Of a stretch of 64,000 nucleotides of DNA, positions 35,485 through 47,960 are shown piece by piece. Numbering within the stretch: position 1 is the first letter of the stretch; each line of letters starts with the position of its first letter. Position numbers and translations under genes: made by a program. The notes beneath the pieces were generated by a model. That model was not told the DNA's origin and did no database searches. It saw nothing but the letters and a program-made list of their open reading frames with translations. Source of the stretch: Marsupella aquatica (taxonomy: Eukaryota; Plantae; Marchantiophyta); contig OZ316893.1 of the NCBI GenBank assembly GCA_973895155.1, forward strand, positions 17,887,836 through 17,951,835. The letters are read 5' to 3'.

Positions 35485-37698
35485 TCAAATGTTGTTGGGT
35501 TCGAGAAGCTCCACAAAAACAATGGTGCCTGATTGGACAACCTCCATGAGCTCAGCCTGTCGTGGTGAACCTCGAGAATAGGGCAAGCATCTCAATTGCC
35601 TCTCTGGGTACATCAGAGGCATTTTCCTCATCAAATAACAAGAATCTATTTGAAGTGCCTCCCGGTAAATTCCAATCACATCATTGATTGCAAGTAGCAG
35701 CATGAACCTGGGGATAATAGGATAGGAAATCCTCAGTCCTCATCATCTTTGAGTAAAAAGGTCAAAGTCTCCAACAAACATCCTTAAAGTACCCGTTGAA
35801 CTTGGCCAGGGTCTGAGTGGTGACATTATTCCAGATGCTGAGCTGCTTCTCAGCCAATGTGCTGGTTGAAACCAGCTCAACCTTAGGTTTCTTAGGGATG
35901 TAATTGTTCTGCCAAGAAGTGGATTTCTTACTCTGCATGAGGAAAGAAAGCACAAAGTCCAGGACATAGGCTGCAAAATTCCCAAAGTAGGTCAGGACCA
36001 GATCAGGATCCTCCACTTCTACATCACCTTGTAGCAACATCACTGCCAGAATAGGTCAGAACTAGACAGAGTCAGTCCAGTGCTCATCATACTGGGCCAT
36101 TTCCAATCGGGAAGTCCCATGACACCTCAGGTCAAAAATGTAGCTCGCCTCAGTTTTCTTTAAGTAATAATATCTCCAGAATTCTCCAACTGGTGGCCTG
36201 TTGGCATGCATAATCTTACAAGTGTCTACATACTTTTGTACTTGGGCCTGAGGAAGCCTGGGGTACTTCCTCTCAATAGTGCATTCTTGGGAGTCTGAGT
36301 AGAGGATGTAACAACTGCTACTAGGTTTGGGTTTGACCTCAGAGCTGTATCAACATCCTCAAATCCTTGCCTGGGTGATGACTCAAGAGAATTGTCATAA
36401 GATCTATAGGTGTCATTATCTGAAGGCGGGTCAGAGTCATCAGAAAGATCTCGGCTAACATAAGGATCTTCAGGCTGACCCCGAGTGAAGATAGGTCCAT
36501 CAGTGGGTTCATAGTTGGAATCAGGACTCTATGAGTAAGGATCTGGATTATGAGGAATTTATGCAACTGGGGATTTCTGAGTTAAGTTGCTAACAATTGA
36601 CATTATCTCCCGTGGCTCACACTGTAGCATGCCTAATAAATTATTTACAATGGCAGCATAGTTTATATCCTCTGTCACAGGAATAGATTCATTTGGCTCT
36701 ATAGGCAAACTTGGTGGGGCAGCAGGGGTAAGGGCAACGAATTCTTCTGAGGCTGATCCCTCAATAGGAGAAGTTGTCCTGACAGGAGTTAATTGGTCTG
36801 GGAATGGAGATGATAAGCTAATTGCCTCTGATCTTAAATCACAGAGAACATCGTAGAGCTCAGCATCACTACAACCAAAAAGAGAAATTAACTTATCAAT
36901 AAGTTGTTGATTGAACTCTGCTTTTGAAGAAGTAGTCGTATCAACCCTTAAAATGGCAGCAGTAGTCAGGTCAACAACATCTTCTTGTTGCTCAGAGAAG
37001 TCCTCATCTTCTTCAGCTCCAGATCGATCTCCCGTATTAACTTCTCGTGAATATACCAGGTTATCCAAGGGATATCAAACTAGCTCCAAGTCGTGAGTAG
37101 GTGAAACTTCAAGTTCACCCATAGAGGCCTCTTCCAAATCCATATCAACATCCACATTTTGATCATTAGAATCCAGGGCAATAGCATCCACTGGTTCTTC
37201 CACACCAATTTCTTCTTCAATGCCTAGTTCGATCAAGAGTAATCCTCTTTCTGTTCTCTCCTCTGGATGTAAACAATCATAAGCCTGATAGAGCTGAGAC
37301 AAATAAACCTGCAGATAAGTGGGTCTACCTGCCTTCATGCTCCTCACCTGATCCTTCATCACATTGAAAATTAACAAAGCCCAATTCACCTGGATGGCTC
37401 CACTATGTGCAACTACAATAGTATTCACTAAAGCCACTAGACAGATGATTGGCTCTTTTGGGTGTAAAATTGGCATTAGAAATTCCAGAAGCACTCTCAA
37501 ATTTGGATAAGTACACTGTGTTAAATTCCAGCCATTTGTGAGATTGCGAATCCTAGAGAAGTAGGGAGTAGACAAATCTTTCTTCAAGATTCGAATACAA
37601 TCCTTCTCCTTCTGGAGGGCAGCGGAAGGCATGAGTACTTTGCTCCACAGTCCATAGACTTGGCCGAGCTTGAATGGTCTGTCAAAATTCAAGAGCAA
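35485..37698 (-). pseudogene. Coding remnants inside the nested LTR (plant-mobile-domain-like plus acidic region plus an unknown ORF)
   Basis: LLEFLMPILHPKEP..VNWALLI..YLSQLY at 37075-37698, followed by 36559-37068, 35762-36043 and 35485-35703. Confidence 0.6.
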
Positions 37699-38079
37699 TC
37701 AACGACCCTCTCACGAAATCTTGTAAGTAAGAATCAAGCTCAACATTCTAGGGAATTGCAAGTAAATGCTCTAGTCCAAGCTGCTGCAGTGAAGTTCGTA
37801 AATTTGCACAACTGTCAGGCGCCTTTAGAATCCGAGCGACCACCCCCTTAGGAATTTCCGGAGCATCGACACGGTACTGCTCGTCAGTGCCGATGTCAGC
37901 CATAGCTCCTATCTTTGATGAGAGCGCAAAGAAATGGGGAGGTTGAGAGAGTCGATAGAGGAGGGATGGAGTCAGGAGTGAGTGCCCGAGGTCTACATTG
38001 CCTTCGCTTCAATGCACGCTCGCCATTCCATTGCTAAGTCCCGTTGAATGTAGCCGTAAGACGTCGCAATCCCCGGTCG

Positions 38080-38245
38080 CCAACTCGTAAGGCAAAACTC
38101 GTAAAGCCCTAACTAGTAAACTCGTAACTAGTAAACAGTCGTGAACTCGTAAACTCGTAAACCAGGATACTATTAACTAGTAACTAGTAAACTCGTAAAC
38201 TTGTAAAAAGGAGTTTACTTGTAACTTAGACTTGGGAACCCGTAA
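38080..38245. repeat. Second ACTCGTAA/ACTAGTAA array
   Basis: Same motif as 35136-35330, within the same LTR. Confidence 0.85.
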
Positions 38246-38857
38246 CTTATAGACAAAATGCTATCTCCGCTATGTTAGCAATAATTATAGTTTAATCACC
38301 ATAGAAAATTTTAAAAAATTCAGTTTCTTCCTACTTTTGGAATTACCCACTACTTACACCCTGCCCCGCGCTTGCCCAGCAAGCTCGACTCTGGCTCTCA
38401 CTCCTTAGTGCACTCTGACCTTGCTCAGGCCGGGACTCCCCGTGCCTTGCCTTTTCTAGCGCTAAGGTGAACTAAGTCTTCTCCCCCTCCCACAGCGGAA
38501 GGGGAAGCCTAAATACTACGTTTGCGGAAAGGAGCCAGAAGATATTACCTCCCGGGGTAATGCCTACTGACTAACTACCTTCTGACTAACCGGCCGTACT
38601 TCTTCTCACCGGATGACCGTCAGTGGCAAGGGGCGCTGACCAGGGTGGCAGTAGCTAAGTCTACTGACCAAAATTCTAGTCCGTTGATGGACTCTATCCT
38701 ACGTCGGCTGATCCTAACTGATCCAGTCCTAATTTTTCCTATTGTGCCGCTAATCGGCGCCTAATGACAGCTATTCTGTTGTTAAGCTTAATCAAAAAGA
38801 TGTTGTTGACTCAACTGCCTCGTGCAGTGCCTGCTCACACCCTCCGCTAACCATCCC

Positions 38858-41175
38858 TTACGTGCGTGCTGTGGTCGGACCAGGGTTTGTCCCCTTGTCG
38901 GGGCGAGACCTCGAGCCACCTTGATCAGAGGTGGGTCTAGGTCTTGCTCGCTGGCTGACGAGCAGGGTAATGCGATCCTTCAAGGCCTTGTTATCCCGTA
39001 CCGCCTCCTCTGCCTCGTTCGCAACTTTGTTGACCTCGGTCTGGAGCCATGCTACCTCCAGGCTGAGCTGGCCGATGGAGTCACAATAGGTCTGGTTCTG
39101 CGCCAACAATTTATCTCGCTCGGCGGAGAGACTAGCCACCTGCTGAGCTACCAACAGGAATTGGTTGTTGAGGTTGGTCAGGCTGGTAACCCGAGCCAAG
39201 GATTATGAGCGCAACTGAAGCACAGTGTCGTCCAGCTTCTTGAGATATGCTTGCACCGCGCTCAACTCCTGGTTCAGTCCTTCCCGTTGTTCAACGGTGC
39301 AAACTAACTCTTCACGGCGGGTGGTAGCCTCCTCTTTGAGGTGTTCTACTAGCATTTGGAGGCGCCCGATCTCGTTCCCCTTTGCCATGAGTTCTTCCTC
39401 CAAGCGGCTTACGATCCGTGGTTGGTGCTCTAACATGAAGAAGGCTGGTTGGAAGTACGCCGAGACCTGTTGCCCGATGTACATTGCCAGCTCCCCTGAC
39501 ATAGTCTGGCTAAACTTCTGGACCAGGTCGTAGGCCATGGTCCCCGGGGCTACTTGGTAATCCTCCATTCTCTCGGGCACCGGTGGTTCCTCGAGCTGTG
39601 TGGCAAGCTCCTCCGTAGTCTGCAATGGGGAGGGGAAGGTTTCTTCAGGTGGTGGAGGGATTGGGGGTGGTTGTACTGGGGGCAGCGGAGGCTCGACAGA
39701 AGGGGGCGGCGGGATTTCAACGGGAGGAGGTGGCGGAGTATTAGTCGGGGCCACAGGCTTGGGGTTTGCCCGAGACGTAGTGGTTTGCTCGCTCGGGGTA
39801 GCCTCCTCCATAGCGGGGCCGATGCTAGTCGGGGTTGAGGTGGCCATATTCTTTCCCTTGGCCTCCCGCCGTGCCTTGTACCAGGCGAGGATGATGGCAA
39901 TGTGACTTCCTAGGTAGGTCCTTCCCTCGATAGACATACCTCCTTGAGCCCGCCTAAGCTCCCCCGAGAACCTATGGTAAAAGAATTGGGCCCAGTTCTA
40001 TCGTTTGTACTGTTCCACCAGTATGATCGTACAAAGGGAGATCTCGGACCGTGGCTCAATCATGTGTAGGGTAGTCCGTATGAAGTTAAGCCGCTCCATA
40101 CAGACTAAGTTGGTGCATGACCCCTGCTTGTACCCGTTGTCTGTCTTACCCTTGGGTTTGAAGCGTCGGGGTGTATACTCCTTATCCCGAATTCAGAGTT
40201 CAACCGACACCGGCCTGGTTGGCAGACAAAAGATTTGTGCCAATCGATACTCCGTAAGTGATAAGGTCTGCCCTGAAACCTTGGTGGTTGCCGCATCGAT
40301 GTTGAAATTGGAGATAAACTCATAACCTCCCTTGGCCCGACTGCGTTAGGTCTCCATAGCAAGTGAGCAAACTGCTCCAACTGATACTCCTTGAGATAGT
40401 CCGTGTGGTCGGGTTTCTTGATTGTTGTCCAGACTACCTTGGGGACGCGGATTACCTGTAATAAGTTGGGCTGTTGATTATCCGAGGATTGTCGGGACTG
40501 GTTAGTTGGCGGGTTGGTCGGGGCAGGTCCAAGGGTAGCGTTGGTTCGCACCGTCAGTTTGGGGGCCGGCGTGGTCCTTGCCCGCTTTCGAGAACGCTGC
40601 TCAAGCTGCGGACTAACACGCTTGGAACCCGAGGAACACTCGGTGTTGTTCACGGGACAGACTTGGGACCGGTTTGGTGGTACGCCGGTGGTCATCGGCT
40701 GAGGGGCTAGGGATGGCGTTGGGGTAGCCATATCCCAATTGAAGGCGTTGGAGCTTTCCTCAAGGAATGTAAGATTACGCGCCGCTTCCTATTGTCTGTT
40801 GATGTCTTCTTAGCACTTTTCAGCTGCAATCTGCTGGTCGATGTAACCCGGGATCTTGTCAAACTCCGCTTGAGTCAGCCTCTAGCTGCCCTTCAGCCTA
40901 AAGAACTTTGCGGGGACTTCAAGAATTGCCTTTGCTACCGATCTAAGCCCCTCCTCGCTGAGATATAGCTTGGTGATGTAGTCCCGCAGCTCGTTGTAGC
41001 TGGAATCCCTGGTGATGGTTGTCTTCTCATAGTTAACCTATGCTACCTTGGCCACCAACTTCACGTATCTTTGTTCGTAAGCGGCTTTCTCGGGGCAAGA
41101 GTACCAGTAAGTCTCAAAGAACTTAGCACCTACCTCGCCAAACAAGGTCCAAACTCCCAAGGCTGTAAGGGTCAT
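38858..41175 (-). pseudogene. Accessory ORF inside the solo LTR
   Basis: IEGRTYLGSHIAIILAWY aligns with IGGKAYFASHIEIILEWY of the G1 LTR ORF; the N-terminal FDKIP matches FDHIP; C-terminal coiled coil. Confidence 0.75.
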
Positions 41176-43980
41176 ACTAACCTTTGTAGTCTAGTTCGTT
41201 AAGTCCGCGTCCCCGCCTGGCAGTTTTGCTTGCTGGTGGAGGCCTTACTTGCCCTGACTAAATCCTGCCACAATCCGCTCTTACCCTTCGATAATTTCCT
41301 CGTAAAAGTTAGCTCGATTCGAGCAAAAGGTGAGAGTGAATGGCAGCGTCCGCAAATTCCGAAAGGTATGAATGAGCAAATGGGCCGCGGCACCATTGAC
41401 TCAGATCTTATGGAGGTGCTAGGGTGAGCCCAAACGTGAGAAGGCGAGGCCATTTTGGTCGTTGATAATGGCCCAAAGTTGGGTGTCTCGGTCCAAGCGT
41501 GATCTCCTAATGGAATTTTACTCCGCCGCCACCACCGTACCTCGGCCGATCGTAATAATTTTCTTCCCTTAATTTGTAATCATTCAACTAACCTACTCCT
41601 AATCTACTCATAATGGCAAAGATGACTATTTGTACTACTCTACACTACGGCTACTATCCTAATGACCGTATAAGTCCTAATCTAGGACCTGCGCTCGGTT
41701 AAGTGACACGTTACCCGTGTCACAAAACTCAAGGATGATGAATAGTAAGGGGGCATTATTGGGATCCATAGATGGCCAAAAACCATGAGGGCCATGCATC
41801 CCTATCTCTTCACAACTCTCTCTCTAGTTGTTGTCTTTCTCTCCATATAGGTGGCAAATCAAGGACCTCCCAACATTTCCCTCAATGTGCATAGGGTCAA
41901 ATAAATGGTTAAGTGGCATCTCAGCACAATAAGGCAGTTGTGACAATGCAGACAAACAAGTCATGCCACATCGGGCAAACTGCAATGGGTCATCTAGATT
42001 AGATACTCTCCCCCATACCTCTTTCCAATATGCAAGATCTTTTGGTATAGGTTGTGGTCGTTTGTCTGGTTGGCCATCCTCAGTGTCATATAAAAAGGGG
42101 TCACTCCTCCAATCATGGTCTGTAGGGAGGTACTTGGTGTGACACTGTCTTCCTCAAGGTCTTTGACTTTGGCCGCGCTATTCCTTCCAAAAATAGTCCA
42201 CAAGTTGGGCAAACTCGATATCCTGGTGTGGTCAGGCCAAAAATATATCCAAACCCTGCATATAAATATATATCCCATGCATAAGTAAATAAGTCTATTA
42301 AAAGATATATGTGCTCCTAGCTAACTCAATACATAACAAAATATGCTAGGTGTGGTTGCCCTATGGGATGGGGTAATTTAACAAAGATTCATACCTGGAA
42401 GATCATGTATGGTCCACATAAGAATGGCCTTCAACTTAAATTCTTGACGTAAGCCCCCCGTTTGTACTCGACCATCATAGCAATCCACACCCCTCCAAAG
42501 CTTTTGTAGCTCCTCAATCAATGGTTGCAAGTACACATCAATTTTTTTCACTTGCTTAGGACCAGGGATAATCATGGAAAGGAGCAAATGAGCCTTCTTC
42601 ATGGACATCCATGGAGGGATGTTGTAATTATTAAGGACCACTAGCCATAGTGAATATGGTTGGGCCTTACCTGCTAGTGCAAATGGGCTGATGCCATCCG
42701 CTGCCAATCCTAGGTGAACATGACGTGGGTCAGTTCGAAACTCACCCCATCTCTCCTCCACAAACTTGTTTGCAAGGGAGTCAACCATCATGCGCATGGT
42801 GGGTGGTTGTGAACTCATATCTGGGCGATTTTGGGAATGCCAAACCAACTCAGCACATCTATATTGGTGGCGCAAACGAGGTATAAGAGGAAAGTACCTC
42901 ATGACCTTCTGAGGTACTTTTCCCGTCAACATGTCCTCACGATCCCTTGGCTTCTCACATGTAGGACATGACATTGCATCTTTACAAATGCCTCTAAATA
43001 GAACGCAATCATTCACGCAAGCATGTATGACTTCGTACTGCAGACCTATGGACTTCAACACCTTCTTTGCCTCTTTCCAAGAGTCTGGCAAGTTGTTTCC
43101 TTCAAACCTCAATTTAAGGAATACTGAAGTATTAGATTAATTCCAGTTTTATCTGAATATTATTAGTTAATGAATGATCAACCTCTTTAACATTTGTTGG
43201 GATACTCAAAAACCGGGAATGTTTTGTTGGCACAAGATCTTAATAACAATGCTTCACTAAATGACATCAAGTACCTCTTGATCCATGCACAAATCCTTAA
43301 TTAAACTGTCATTCATTGTCTCAATTTAAGATTTAATTACTATAGGGTCTTTTATATACAACAAAAACACGCACCAGGGCGCGTGACCTACAATCATAGT
43401 ACCACAGTCATGGCAATAGTACCCCCCCTTAGTTTCTATTGCTTTGACTCAATCAGACATGGAATCATACTTCATATAAAATGAGAAATCATTGAAAGTT
43501 GTGGTCACTTGTCTGAAGGTGTATAATTATTATTTATTAATAGGATTATTGTATATTACAATGTCTACTCGACATTCATTTGAATGTCAATAATATCATG
43601 CCTTAATATCACCAAACTAAGGCCCCACTAACTAATATTATATCTTAAGTAAACTAACCAACTAACTAACTTTATTAGACAATAAGACTTGTCTAAACTT
43701 GAGTTCTTTGGCTACTACTATTCTGAGCAACTGCCTTTTAAACTGTGTGTTGAACTTGTAGCTTCATTACTGTCTAGGATTTCTCACTTGCTATGCATGT
43801 CAAGAGATAGTCTCTTGCCTTGGCAGCAACATTCTTTGGAATTCCAACCAGCCCTATCATTGGTCCTTTGTGTGCTTTGAAACACCACAAGGCAGAGGAA
43901 ACATCTATTGTCTCAGCTTCCTTGTATATTGGAGCTGGATCACGTTCTCATTTCTTATCCCAAGAATTTTCCCACCACTC

Positions 43981-46900
43981 TCATGGCTGCCAGTCTGATT
44001 GACCACATGGCTTCTTTGCCATAAATGGTCTAAACCACTCAACGCCACATACATGAGTAAGAAGGGTTTGTTCATTCACTGGTCCTTCTACCACATCTGT
44101 AACAACTAACCCCATATGGACGGGATAAACATCTAGGTCTGAGTTGTCCGGCCGTACCAACACATAACAGCCCTTCATGACATCAACCCTAGGGTTAAAA
44201 CTCTTAGGAGGTTTATCTTTTGCAGGTCCCACATAATCCACTATTTCTTCCAACTCACATGCCACATTTCGATATTCTGGTGGAAGGTGCTCTCTCCATA
44301 TTGATAAAGGCCAAAACCCGTATTCCAAGTTGTGTGCACCTTTGGGTTCATATTGCACCTGCTCACCCTGTAGAGTATCTACAATGTCATTCCAATAATT
44401 GATGAGAGTTGTCCAACGTCGCTTTGGTTCTTCCACTTTTGTTTGCTTTAGAATAAACTCAAAGAATGACACATGCTTCTTCAACCCTGTCAGCACTTTA
44501 GGAAGCATTTCAGCTCCATCATTGGTAGCCATTTGGTCACCCCAATTGGGATGTGAGGACTTTTGTCATCTTTCCATGATCACATTTCAATACCTTCCTT
44601 GGGTAACCATCCCTGATCAGTAGACTTCATTTTGTATTGGAAGCATGACATACTATCATGACGAACATAGAACCTAAACAACCTGGGTTTTGTATGCCCC
44701 ACCAATGCCTCAGGGCCCCTCAACATGAATGGAGCTAAGTAGCTTTTGAAATCCGGGACCTCCTATAGAAAATGGGCGACTGGATTGGGTGTCCTTGCTC
44801 TCATGAACAAGGACATTAACTCAGGCAATGAGTATGTGGGGTTATGCATCATAGACTCTGAAAAATGCCTGAACATACCATCCACGTCCTCATGAGTATG
44901 CCCAACCACCATAAAACCAAGATGAACCTCTTCAAACATCTCCCTTGCCGTCAACAATGACAAATAAGTCATCATATATCTGTTCTTGTTGTCTGAGGCA
45001 CAATTATCCAGTTGTAACTTCAATACTCGTGGAAGGGGCATGAACTTTGGTGCCTCAGGTGCTACATCACAATGTAACCCAAGACAATCTCATAATGCTT
45101 TTCATGCATATGAAAGAAGATAGTGAAACCCTAAACCCTAAACCCCAATTGTACAAGATAAGAAGCCAAGAAGCTTTTAAATAAAACCCTAGTCAGACCC
45201 TAAACCCCAATGTAGGGTTTAGGGTTTACACCCTATTAATGAAACCTTGGCTAGGAGCAACAACTACACAAAGTAGAGTGTCAGTGTGTGTGAGCTTATA
45301 TTATTAATAATAAAAGGATTGTGAGTAAAGTACCTAGGCTTGAGATGTAGACAATGTCAACCTCAAATGCTCTAAGGGCACTTGCCTCCAAGATATCTTT
45401 TCGACCAAAAAGGAGGTCTTTAAAAAGACTTGTTGAGTCTGGCCCCTCCACAAGTGATTTGATCATTGGATTTGAGTTTTCCAACATCCTTAGTATTGAA
45501 TCAATTGACCCAATAGTGATGTTGACATCACCTGGCCACACTCCAACATGATATTGGGCTATGGCCTTGGGACCATGACCATGAGTAAGGATACCAGTGA
45601 CAATAATTGGGAACTTTTGGGCACCATCCACATGCTTAGGATTGAAGGACATTCTTGGGAGAGTTGTCTTTGAATGATCCATCTTATCATGAATAAGGCA
45701 TAACACTTCCTTTGGTCGATGGATGGACTCATATCTCCAGGTATGATAGTAAGCACATTCTTTGTTGTGTGTGGTCTTGGTGATGTTTCTCCTTGTCACG
45801 CCTCAGGCCCTCTAACTTTTCCTTAGCTCCTGTAAGGTTTGCTTTCCATTGAAGCAACTCATTACAAGTTGTACACTTTGAAAAGTTGTTGCCCTTTTTG
45901 TGGCGCGAGAACTCCCTGAAATACATCTGATGTAGATGACTCAAGGTGGGTTGGGAAATTGGAGGAAGACCAGCCTCCTTGTCGACAACATTAACCCGAT
46001 TCTAATATTCTCCCAAGTAAGATTTGTTGGCAATTCCCTCAAAACCATCCTTGTATTATCTGCCATGGTTCTCAACTTGGCTGGATGATGATCAGTTGCC
46101 TCCTCAATAATCTCTTTCATTGACATGAACGCTTGAGATACTTTCTCGGACATAAACTTGGCTGGATGATGATCAGCTGCCTCCTCAATAATCTCTTTCA
46201 TTGACATGAACGCTTGAGATACTTTCTCGGACATACGCCTTTTTCCAGCATTACCATGGGTACCTATGTTCATTCCAGCCATCACAGTCTTCTTCAAGAC
46301 ATAAAATTGAGTCTTTCCTCTTGAATGAATGATTCTCCATGTCTCCAAGCACAATACTTTGCCCCCCACTGCTAGAATCCTTTTGCCAGTACCCAAGTGT
46401 ATTGTATTTTTAATAGCCTTGATTTCCTCCTTGCGCTCCGCAAAAGATTTTGACCACCACTTTTGCCTAATTGCCATAGCCAAGTTGTGGTCCAAATATT
46501 GGCAACAATGTTCACTACAACAGTCCTTCATGTTTATCAACAACACATCTTGATGTGCCAAAGATGTGTCTCTTCTAGATGTTTGGGAAGATGGACTCTT
46601 TCTTTTCCTACTTTTATGGACGTAGGACCGCTTGCCACTTGTTGGAGATGTGTTTCCTCCCATAGTTTGCCTGATGTTGTGGAAAGATAACAAGTTGCCA
46701 TCCTTGGCAATGAGTTGGTCCATCAACCAACCTTTTAAGCAATCTCTATGCTTCAGATGATCAACGGTAGCTCCCTCGACAAAATCGTTGATCATAATTC
46801 CCACATGTGTATTCCCAAGGGTGACATCCCCAAGCTTCACTATAGGATCTAGAACATGTATAGTTGTCACTGCAAAAATCAACTTGTTCTCATCCACCAC

Positions 46901-47002
46901 CTTTACAGGCATGCCCATCCACAAGGCCTTTGGTAAAACTATTTCCACACGAGACCGACTCTCATTATGGTGTAGGAAAACCGTCAGCTCTAGTCTAGAC
47001 AA
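43981..47002 (-). pseudogene. Sola-like DDD DNA transposase
   Basis: CCSEHC, FSKCTTC, LIHDKMD, LQLDNCASDNKN, MVVGHTHEDVDGMF. Probable intron near 45090-45340; an 81-bp tandem duplication at 46074-46235. Confidence 0.7.
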
Positions 47003-47005
47003 CTA

Positions 47006-47960
47006 TGCGGAACATGAGAGCACTCAATCTCACACTATGCCAACAAGACACCACAATCATGGAGAAACTCCTGAAGGATCCTCATGAGATTGAACATGTG
47101 AAGAATGAGGGAGAGAATGCTATCCCTCCAATCTATACCCCCCAAGGGGGACTAAGATATGTGGGCCTAAATAAGTGGATCTTATCCTAACTAACCAAGG
47201 GTCAATTAACCCTAGTAAGGCCAAACTAACTATAGTCAGGAACTCGAGTCAATTCCTAACAATCTCCACCTTGACTCAAGTTCACACAATGAGTCAGGGT
47301 GATATACAATATGTAACTAAGTAACATATCTATATAGTCTCTGGTTTGGCCTTAACATTAATTATATCCACACAATGACTAAAGCTACTAGTAGGTAAAA
47401 CTTTGGTAAGCATGTCTGCAGCATTCTCCTCTGAAGCCACCTTCTCCAAAAACATCTGCTTCATCTCAATCACCTCACAGATGAAGTGATAACAAATATC
47501 AATGTGCTTTGTCCTTGCATGGAACATTGGGTTCTTAACCAGATGCAAAGCACTTTGACTATCACACAACAACACCGGTCTTTGAGGTGAAAGACCCAAA
47601 TCACTCACCAATCTCTGTAGCCAGATCAGCTTCTTGGTTGCCTCGCAAGCAGCCATGTACTCAGCCTCAGTAGTAGACAACGCAACACACGATTGAGTTG
47701 TTGACTTCCAGCTGATACAACCTCCACCCAACATAAACACATAGCCTGTAGTAGACTTTCTATTATCCAGTTACCAGCATAATTTGAATCTACATAACCT
47801 CCCAACTCTAATGTAGAGTCTACTTTATCGTCAAATAGAATCCCACAATCTAAGGTTCCTTTCAGATATCACAAAACCCACTTCACTGCTTCGCAATGAG
47901 GTTTACCAGGGTTTGCCATAAATCTGCTCAAAATGGTAACGGCGTGAGCAATGTCAAGTC
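47006..47960 (-). mobile_element. Ty1/Copia 3' end: RT/RNase H remnant, PPT and a ~256-bp 3' LTR (47006-47261)
   Basis: [35 protein letters not shown]. Minus-strand PPT AAGGTGGAGA is followed by TGTTAGG. Confidence 0.9.

Larger units (their letters stand above)
34220..38358 (-). mobile_element. Nested solo LTR (4.14 kb) of a different family
   Basis: TGTAG...TTACA termini, near-TSD CCATG/CCCTG. The host LTR motifs resume after 38358. Confidence 0.7.
33743..41724 (-). mobile_element. Solo LTR (about 3.84 kb net), distant G1 relative
   Basis: TGT...ACA termini with a perfect 5-bp TSD AAACT (33738-33742 and 41725-41729). Shares LTR motifs with G1. Confidence 0.9.
32871..43112 (-). pseudogene. 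Second CACTA transposase, interrupted by a solo LTR
   Basis: Transposase_21 at 42378-43112 (IHACVNDC, YFPLIPRL, LGLAADG, WTIHDLPG) and DUF4218-like segment at 33319-33742 (PPSFFD..HCRWM). The frame reads P*VLTQGER across the insertion site. Confidence 0.9.

Noticed and set aside
46074-46235. 27-aa repeat as a functional domain
   Set aside because: A near-identical 81-bp tandem duplication in a decayed gene.
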